Part shown: piece after piece, positions 53,601 through 64,000 of the stretch
How the letters are laid out: every line of letters begins with the position of its first letter
Position numbering within the stretch: the stretch's first letter is position 1
Origin: Eledone cirrhosa
Taxonomy: Eukaryota
Assembly: GCA_964016885.1 (NCBI GenBank)
Contig: OZ024740.1
Span: forward strand, 317,812,001 to 317,876,000
Length of the DNA stretch: 64,000 nt
Reading direction: 5' to 3'
The notes under the pieces: generated by a model
Seen by the model: the letters and a program-made list of their open reading frames with translations, nothing else
What the model was told of the DNA's origin: nothing
The model's database searches: none
Made by a program: the position numbers and the translations under genes

Positions 53601-56600
53601 CTCGTCTATTTCCACAACTTACATTCTATCTAACATCTAACAACTCCACCAATTCGAAATCTTTCTACTACAATACTCACAACAAATAATCCAGGATTGT
53701 CTCGTCTATTTCCACAACTTACATTCTATCTGATATTCTAACGACTCTACCAATTCGAAGTCTTTCTACTACAATACTAACAACAAATAATCCAGGATTG
53801 TCTCTTCTATTTCCACAACTTACATTCTATCTAACATTCTAACAACTCCACCAATTCGAAATCTTTCTACTACAATACTCACAACAAATCATCCAGGATT
53901 GTCTCGTCTATTTCCACAACTTACATTCTATCTGATATTCTAACGACTCTACGAATTCGAAGTCTTTCTACTACAATACTAACAACAAATAATCCAGGAT
54001 TGTCTCTTCTATTTCCACAACTTGCATTCTATCTGACATTCTAATGACTCTACCAATTCGAAGTCTTTCTACTACAATACTCACAACAAATAATCCAGGA
54101 TTGTCTCGTCTATTTCCACAACTTGCATTCTATCTGACATTCTAACGACTCTACCAATTCGAAGTCTTTCTACTACAATACTCACAACAAATAATCCAGG
54201 ATTGTCTCGTCTATTTCCACAAATTACATTCTATCTGACATTCTAACGACTCTACCAATTCGCTGTCTTTCTACTACAATACTCACAACAAATAATCCAG
54301 GATTGTCTCGTCTATTTCCACAACATACATTCTATCTGACATTCTAACGACTCTACCAATTCGCTGTCTTTCTACTACAATACTCACAACAAATAATCCA
54401 GGATTGTCTCGTCTATTTCCACAACTTACATTCTATCTAACATTCTAACAACTCCACCAATTCGAAATGTTTCTACTACAATACTCACAACAAATCATCC
54501 AGTATTGTCTCGTCTATTTCCACAACTTACATTCTATCTGATATTCTAACGACTCTACGAATTCGAAGTCTTTCTACTACAATACTAACAACAAATAATC
54601 CAGGATTGTCTCTTCTATTTCCACAACTTGCATTCTATCTGACATTCTAATGACTCTACCAATTCGAAGTCTTTCTACTACAATACTCACAACAAATAAT
54701 CCAGGATTGTCTCGTCTATTTCCACAACTTACATTCTATCTAACATTCTAACGACTCTACCAATTCGAAGCCTTTTTACTACATTACTCACAACAAATAA
54801 TCCAGGATTGTCTCGTCTATTTCCACAACTTACATTCTATCTGATATTCTAACGACTCTACCAATTCGAAGTCTTTCTACTACAATACTCACAACAAATA
54901 ATCCAGGATTGTCTCGTCTATTTCCACAACTTACATTCTATCTGATATTCTAACGACTCTACCAATTCGAAGTCTTTCTACTACAATACTAACAACAAAT
55001 AATCCAGGAATGTCTCTTCTATTTCCACAACTTACATTCTATCTGACATTCTAACAACTCTACCAATTCGAAATCCTTCTCCTACAATACTCACAACAAA
55101 TAATTCAGGATTGTCTCGTCTATTTACACAACTTACATTCTATCTGATATTCTAACGACTATACCAATTCGAAGTCTTTCTACTACAATACTAACAAGAA
55201 ATAATCCAGGATTGTCTCTTCTATTTCCACAACTTACATTCTATCTGACATTCTAACAACTCTACCAATTCGAAATCTCTCTACAACAATACTCACAACA
55301 AATAATCCAGGATTGTCTCGTCTATTTCCACAACTTGCATTCTATGTGACATTCTAACGACTCTACCAATTCGAAGTCTTTCTACTACAATACTCACAAC
55401 AAATAATCCAGGATTGTCTCGTCTATTTCCACAAATTACATTCTATCTGACATTCTAACGACTCTACCAATTCGCTGTCTTTCTACTACAATACTCACAA
55501 CAAATAATCCATATTGTCTCGTCTATTTCCACAACTTACATTCTATCTAACATTCTAACGACTCTACCTATTCGAAGTCTTTCTACTATAATACTAACAA
55601 CAAATAATCCAGGATTGTCTCTTCTATTTCCACAACTTACATTCTATCTAACATTCTAACGCCTCTACCAATTCGAAGCCTTTTTTTCTACATTACTCAC
55701 AACAAATAATTCAGGATTGCCCCGTCTATTTCCACAACTTACATTCTACCTGACATTCTAACGACTCTACCAATTCGCTGTCTTTCTACTACAATACTCA
55801 CAACAAATAATCCAGGATTGTCTCGTCTATTTCCACAACTTACATTCTATCTAACATCTAACAACTCCACCAATTCGAAATCTTTCTACTACAATACTCA
55901 CAACAAATAATCCAGGATTGTCTCGTCTATTTCCACAACTTACATTCTATCTGATATTCTAACGACTCTACCAATTCGAAGTCTTTCTACTACAATACTC
56001 ACAACAAATAATCCAGGATTGTCTCGTCTATTTACACAACTTACATTCTATCTGATATTCTAACGACTATACCAATTCGAAGTCTTTCTACTACAATACT
56101 AACAAGAAATAATCCAGGATTGTCTCTTCTATTTCCACAACTTACATTCTATCTGACATTCTAACAACTCTACCAATTCGAAATCTTTCTACAACAATAC
56201 TCACAACAAATAATCCAGGATTGTCTCGTCTATTTCCACAACTTGCATTCTATGTGACATTCTAACGACTCTACCAATTCGAAGTCTTTCTACTACAATA
56301 CTCACAACAAATAATCCAGGATTGTCTCGTCTATTTCCACAAATTACATTCTATCTGACATTCTAACGACTCTACCAATTCGCTGTCTTTCTACTACAAT
56401 ACTCACAACAAATAATCCAGGATTGTCTCGTCTATTTCCACAACATACATTCTATCTGACATTCTAACAACTCTACCAATTCGCTGTCTTTCTACTACAA
56501 TACTCAACAAATAATCCAGGACTGTCTCGTCTATTTCCACAACTTACGTTCTATCTGACATTCTAAAGACTCTAACAATTCGAAGTCTTTCTACTACAAT

Positions 56601-59600
56601 ACTCAGAACAAATAATCCAGGTTTGTCTCGTTTATTTTCACAACTTACATTCTATCTAACATTCTAACGATTCTACCAATTCGAAGCCTTTTTACTACAT
56701 TACTCACAACAAATAATTCAGGATTGCCCGGTCTATTTCCACAACTTACATTCTACCTGATATTCTAACGACTCTACCAATTCGAAGTCTTTCTACTACA
56801 ATACTAACAACAAATAATCCAGGATTGTCTCTTCTATTTCCACAACTTACATTCTATCTAACATTCTAAGAACTCCACCAATTCGAAATCTTTCTACTAC
56901 AATACTCACAACAAATCATCCAGGATTGTCTCGTCTATTTCCACAACTTACATTCTATCTGATATTCTAACGACTCTACCAATTCGAAGTCTTTCTACTA
57001 CAATACTCACAACAAATAATCCAGGATTGTCTCGTCTATTTCCACAACTTGCATTCTATCTGACATTCTAACGACTCTACCAATTCGAAGTCTTTCTACT
57101 ACAATACTCACAACAAATAATCCAGGATTGTCTCGTCTATTTCCACAAATTACATTATATCTGACATTCTAACGACTCTACCAATTCGCTGTTTTTCTAC
57201 TACAATACTCACAACAAATCATCCAGTATTGTCTCGTCTATTTCCACAACTTACATTCTATCTGATATTCTAACGACTCTACGAATTCGAAGTCTTTCTA
57301 CTACAATACTAACAACAAATAATCCAGGATTGTCTCTTCTATTTCCACAACTTGCATTCTATCTGACATTCTAATGACTCTACCAATTCGAAGTCTTTCT
57401 ACTACAATACTCACAACAAATAATCCAGGATTGTCTCGTCTATTTCCACAACTTACATTCTAGCTAACATTCTAACGACTCTACCAATTCGAAGCCTTTT
57501 TACTACATTACTCACAACAAATAATCCAGGATTGTCTCGTCTATTTCCACAACTTACATTCTATCTGATATTCTAACGACTCTACCAATTCGAAGTCTTT
57601 CTACTACAATACTCACAACAAATAATCCAGGATTGTCTCGTCTATTTCCACAACTTACATTCTATCTGATATTCTAACGACTCTACCAATTCGAAGTCTT
57701 TCTACTACAATACTAACAACAAATAATCCAGGAATGTCTCTTCTATTTCCACAACTTACATTCTATCTGACATTCTAACAACTCTACCAATTCGAAATCT
57801 TTCTCCTACAATACTCACAACAAATAATCCAGGATTGTCTCGTCTATTTACACAACTTACATTCTATCTGATATTCTAACGACTATACCAATTCGAAGTC
57901 TTTCTACTACAATACTAACAAGAAATAATCCAGGATTGTCTCTTCTATTTCCACAACTTACATTCTATCTGACATTCTAACAACTCTACAAATTCGAAAT
58001 CTTTCTACTACAATACTCACAACAAATAATCCAGGATTGTCTCGTCTATTTCCACAACTTGCATTCTATGTGACATTCTAACGACTCTACCAATTCGAAG
58101 TCTTTCTACTACAATACTCACAACAAATAATCCAGGATTGTCTCGTCTATTTCCACAAATTACATTCTATCTGACATTCTAACGACTCTACCAATTCGCT
58201 GTCTTTCTACTACAATACTCACAACAAATAATCCAGGATTGTCTCGTCTATTTCCACAACATACATTCTATCTGACATTCTAACGACTCTACCAATTCGC
58301 TGTCTTTCTACTACAATACTCAACAAATAATCCAGGACTGTCTCGTCTATTTCCACAACTTACGTTCTATCTGACATTCTAAAGACTCTAACAATTCGAA
58401 GTCTTTCTACTACAATACTCAGAACAAATAATCCAGGTTTGTCTCGTTTATTTTCACAACTTACATTCTATCTAACATTCTAACGATTCTACCAATTCGA
58501 AGCCTTTTTACTACATTACTCACAACAAATAATTCAGGATTGCCCGGTCTATTTCCACAACTTACATTCTACCTGATATTCTAACGACTCTACCAATTCG
58601 AAGTCTTTCTACTACAATACTAACAACAAATAATCCAGGATTGTCTCTTCTATTTCCACAACTTACATTCTATCTAACATTCTAAGAACTCCACCAATTC
58701 GAAATCTTTCTACTACAATACTCACAACAAATCATCCAGGATTGTCTCGTCTATTTCCACAACTTACATTCTATCTGATATTCTAACGACTCTACCAATT
58801 CGAAGTCTTTCTACTACAATACTCACAACAAATAATCCAGGATCGTCTCGTCTATTTCCACAACTTGCATTCTATCTGACATTCTAACGACTCTACCAAT
58901 TCGAAGTCTTTCTACTACAATACTCACAACAAATAATCCAGGATTGTCTCGTCTACTTCCACAAATTACATTATATCTGACATTCTAACGACTCTACCAA
59001 TTCGCTGTTTTTCTACTACAATACTCACAACAAATAATCCAGGATTGTCTCGTCTATTTCCACAACATACATTCTATCTGACATTCTAACGACTCTACCA
59101 ATTCGCTGTCTTTCTACTACAATACTCAACAAATAATCCAGGACTGTCTCGTCTATTTCCACAACTTACGTTCTATCTGACATTCTAAAGACTCTAACAA
59201 TTCGAAGTCTTTCTACTACAATACTAACAACAAATAATCCAGGATTGTCTCTTCTATTTCCACAACTTACATTCTATCTAACATTCTAACAACTCCACCA
59301 ATTCGAAATCTTTCTACTACAATACTCACAACAAATCATCCAGGATTGTCTCGTCTATTTCCACAACTTACATTCTATCTGATATTCTAACGACTCTACG
59401 AATTCGAAGTCTTTCTACTACAATACTAACAACAAATAATCCAGGATTGTCTCTTCTATTTCCACAACTTGCATTCTATCTGACATTCTAATGACTCTAC
59501 CAATTCGAAGTCTTTCTACTACAATACTCACAACAAATAATCCAGGATTGTCTCGTCTATTTCCACAACTTGCATTCTATCTGACATTCTAACGACTCTA

Positions 59601-62600
59601 CCAATTTGAAATCTTTCTACTACAATACTCACAACAAATAATCCAGGATTGTCTCGTCTATTTCCACAAATTACATTCTATCTGACATTCTAACGACTCT
59701 ACCAATTCGAAGTCTTTCTACTACAATACTCACAACAAATAATCCAGGATTGTCTCGTCTATTTCCACAACATACATTCTATCTGACATTCTAACGACTC
59801 TACCAATTCGCTGTCTTTCTACTACAATACTCAACAAATAATCCAGGACTGTCTCGTCTATTTCCACAACTTACGTTCTATCTGACATTCTAAAGACTCT
59901 AACAATTCGAAGTCTTTCTACTACAATACTCAGAACAAATAATCCAGGTTTGTCTCGTCTATTTCCACAACTTACATTCTATCTAACATTCTAACGACTC
60001 TACCAATTCGAAGCCTTTTTACTACATTACTCACAACAAATAATTCAGGATTGTCTCGTCTATTTCCACAAATTACGTTCTATCTGACATTCTAACGACT
60101 CTACCAATTCGCTGTCTTTCTACTACAATACTCACAACAAATAATCCAGGATTGTCTCGTCTATTTCCACAACTTACATTCTATCTAACATTCTAATTAC
60201 TCCACCAATTCGAAATCTTTCTACTACAATACTCACAACAAATCATCCAGGATTGTCTCGTCTATTTCCACAACTTACATTCTATCTGATATTCTAACGA
60301 CTCTACGAATTCGAAGTCTTTCTACTACAATACTCACAACAAATAATCCAGGATTGTCTCTTCTATTTCCACAACTTGCATTCTATCTGACATTCTAATG
60401 ACTCTACCAATTCGAAGTCTTTCTACTACAATACTCACAACAAATAATCCAGGATTGTCTCGTCTAATTTCACAACTTGCATTCTATCTGACATTCTAAC
60501 GACTCTACCAATTTGAAGTCTTTCTACTACAATACTCACAACAAATAATCCAGGATTGTCTCGTCTATTTCCACAAATTACATTCTATCTGACATTCTAA
60601 CGACTCTACCAATTCGCTGTCTTTCTACTACAATACTCACAACAAATAATCCAGGATTGTCTCGTCTATTTCCACAACATACATTCTATCTGACATTGTA
60701 ACGACTCTACCAATTCGCTGTCTTTCTACTACAATACTCAACAAATAATCCAGGACTGTCTCGTCTATTTCCACAACTTACGTTCTATCTGACATTCTAA
60801 AGACTCTAACAATTCGAAGTCTTTCTACTACAATACTCAGAACAAATAATCCAGGTTTGTCTCGTCTATTTCCACAACTTACATTCTATCTAACATTCTA
60901 ACGTCTCTACCAATTCGAAGCCTTTTTACTACATTACTCACAACAAATAATTCAGGATTGCCCCGTCTATTTCCACAACTTACATTCTACCTGACATTCT
61001 AACGACTCTACCAATTCGCTGTCTTTCTACTACAATACTCACAACAAATAATCCAGGATTGTCTCGTCTATTTCCACAACTTACATTCTATCTGATATTC
61101 TAACGACTCTACCAATTCGAAGTCTTTCTACTACAATACTAACAACAAATAATCCAGGATTGTCTCTTCTATTTCCACAAATTACATTCTATCTAACATT
61201 CTAACAACTCTACCAATTCGAAATCTTTCTACTACAATACTCACAACAAATCATCCAGGATTGTCTCGTCTATTTCCACAACTTACATTCCATCTGATAT
61301 TCTAACGACTCTACGAATTCGAAGTCTTTCTACTACAATACTAACAACAAATAATCCAGGATTGTCTCTTCTATTTCCACAACTTGCATTCTATCTGACA
61401 TTCTAATGACTCTACCAATTCGAAGTCTTTCTACTACAATACTCACAACAAATAATCCAGGATTGTCTCGTCTATTTCCACAACTTACATTCTATCTAAC
61501 ATTCTAACGACTCTACCAATTCGAAGCCTTTTTACTACATTACTCACAACAAATAATCCAGGATTGTCTCGTCTATTTCCACAACTTACATTCTATCTGA
61601 TATTCTAACGACTCTACCAATTCGAAGTCTTTCTACTACAATACTCACAACAAATAATCCAGGATTGTCTCGTCTATTTCCACAACTTACATTCTATCTG
61701 ATATTCTAACGACTCTACCAATTCGAAGTCTTTCTACTACAATACTAACAACAAATAATCCAGGAATGTCTCTTCTATTTCCACAACTTACATTCTATCT
61801 GACATTCTAACAACTCTACCAATTCGAAATCCTTCTCCTACAATACTCACAACAAATAATTCAGGATTGTCTCGTCTATTTACACAACTTACATTCTATC
61901 TGATATTCTAACGACTATACCAATTCGAAGTCTTTCTACTACAATACTAACAAGAAATAATCCAGGATTGTCTCTTCTATTTCCACAACTTACATTCTAT
62001 CTGACATTCTAACAACTCTACCAATTCGAAATCTCTCTACAACAATACTCACAACAAATAATCCAGGATTGTCTCGTCTATTTCCACAACTTGCATTCTA
62101 TGTGACATTCTAACGACTCTACCAATTCGAAGTCTTTCTACTACAATACTCACAACAAATAATCCAGGATTGTCTCGTCTATTTCCACAAATTACATTCT
62201 ATCTGACATTCTAACGACTCTACCAATTCGCTGTCTTTCTACTACAATACTCACAACAAATAATCCATATTGTCTCGTCTATTTCCACAACTTACATTCT
62301 ATCTAACATTCTAACGACTCTACCTATTCGAAGTCTTTCTACTATAATACTAACAACAAATAATCCAGGATTGTCTCTTCTATTTCCACAACTTACATTC
62401 TATCTAACATTCTAACGCCTCTACCAATTCGAAGCCTTTTTTTCTACATTACTCACAACAAATAATTCAGGATTGCCCCGTCTATTTCCACAACTTACAT
62501 TCTACCTGACATTCTAACGACTCTACCAATTCGCTGTCTTTCTACTACAATACTCACAACAAATAATCCAGGATTGTCTCGTCTATTTCCACAACTTACA

Positions 62601-64000
62601 TTCTATCTAACATCTAACAACTCCACCAATTCGAAATCTTTCTACTACAATACTCACAACAAATAATCCAGGATTGTCTCGTCTATTTCCACAACTTACA
62701 TTCTATCTGATATTCTAACGACTCTACCAATTCGAAGTCTTTCTACTACAATACTCACAACAAATAATCCAGGATTGTCTCGTCTATTTACACAACTTAC
62801 ATTCTATCTGATATTCTAACGACTATACCAATTCGAAGTCTTTCTACTACAATACTAACAAGAAATAATCCAGGATTGTCTCTTCTATTTCCACAACTTA
62901 CATTCTATCTGACATTCTAACAACTCTACCAATTCGAAATCTTTCTACAACAATACTCACAACAAATAATCCAGGATTGTCTCGTCTATTTCCACAACTT
63001 GCATTCTATGTGACATTCTAACGACTCTACCAATTCGAAGTCTTTCTACTACAATACTCACAACAAATAATCCAGGATTGTCTCGTCTATTTCCACAAAT
63101 TACATTCTATCTGACATTCTAACGACTCTACCAATTCGCTGTCTTTCTACTACAATACTCACAACAAATAATCCAGGATTGTCTCGTCTATTTCCACAAC
63201 ATACATTCTATCTGACATTCTAACAACTCTACCAATTCGCTGTCTTTCTACTACAATACTCAACAAATAATCCAGGACTGTCTCGTCTATTTCCACAACT
63301 TACGTTCTATCTGACATTCTAAAGACTCTAACAATTCGAAGTCTTTCTACTACAATACTCAGAACAAATAATCCAGGTTTGTCTCGTTTATTTTCACAAC
63401 TTACATTCTATCTAACATTCTAACGATTCTACCAATTCGAAGCCTTTTTACTACATTACTCACAACAAATAATTCAGGATTGCCCGGTCTATTTCCACAA
63501 CTTACATTCTACCTGATATTCTAACGACTCTACCAATTCGAAGTCTTTCTACTACAATACTAACAACAAATAATCCAGGATTGTCTCTTCTATTTCCACA
63601 ACTTACATTCTATCTAACATTCTAAGAACTCCACCAATTCGAAATCTTTCTACTACAATACTCACAACAAATCATCCAGGATTGTCTCGTCTATTTCCAC
63701 AACTTACATTCTATCTGATATTCTAACGACTCTACCAATTCGAAGTCTTTCTACTACAATACTCACAACAAATAATCCAGGATTGTCTCGTCTATTTCCA
63801 CAACTTGCATTCTATCTGACATTCTAACGACTCTACCAATTCGAAGTCTTTCTACTACAATACTCACAACAAATAATCCAGGATTGTCTCGTCTATTTCC
63901 ACAAATTACATTATATCTGACATTCTAACGACTCTACCAATTCGCTGTTTTTCTACTACAATACTCACAACAAATCATCCAGTATTGTCTCGTCTATTTC
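23593..64000. repeat. 101-bp tandem satellite, ~400 copies, higher-order organised, runs off the right edge of the window
   Basis: Consensus ATTCTATCTGACATTCTAACGACTCTACCAATTCG(CT/AA)GTCTTTCTACTACAATACTCACAACAAATAATCCAGGATTGTCTCGTCTATTTCCACAACTTAC. TGACATTCT occurs at 23701 and 23802. Recurrent 99-bp and 100-bp deletion variants. Confidence 0.98.

Overview
Eukaryotic, gene-free, repeat-dominated window. The SINE, mariner and microsatellite content resembles cephalopod (octopus-like) DNA, but that is my inference and was not verified. There are three zones. (1) 1-~13.1 kb: a C/A-rich 25-bp satellite (CACTCCAGACCTCCAATCTATACAC) with higher-order structure and a decaying right edge. (2) ~13.1-23.6 kb: a mosaic of transposon debris, comprising mariner MITEs and a transposase fragment, Tc1-, hAT- and piggyBac-like MITEs, a fossil hAT transposase, two tRNA-SINE families, a deleted RTE-like LINE and microsatellites. 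(3) 23.6-64 kb: a 101-bp satellite (~400 copies) with kb-scale duplications. No intact protein-coding gene is supported. The two best signals are a 72-bp-arm palindrome carrying two opposed minimal type I hammerhead ribozyme motifs of the Penelope-like kind (13.84-13.99 kb), and evidence that the 101-bp satellite and a 43-bp minisatellite both grew out of the same SINE family, with the parent SINE still at the array edge.
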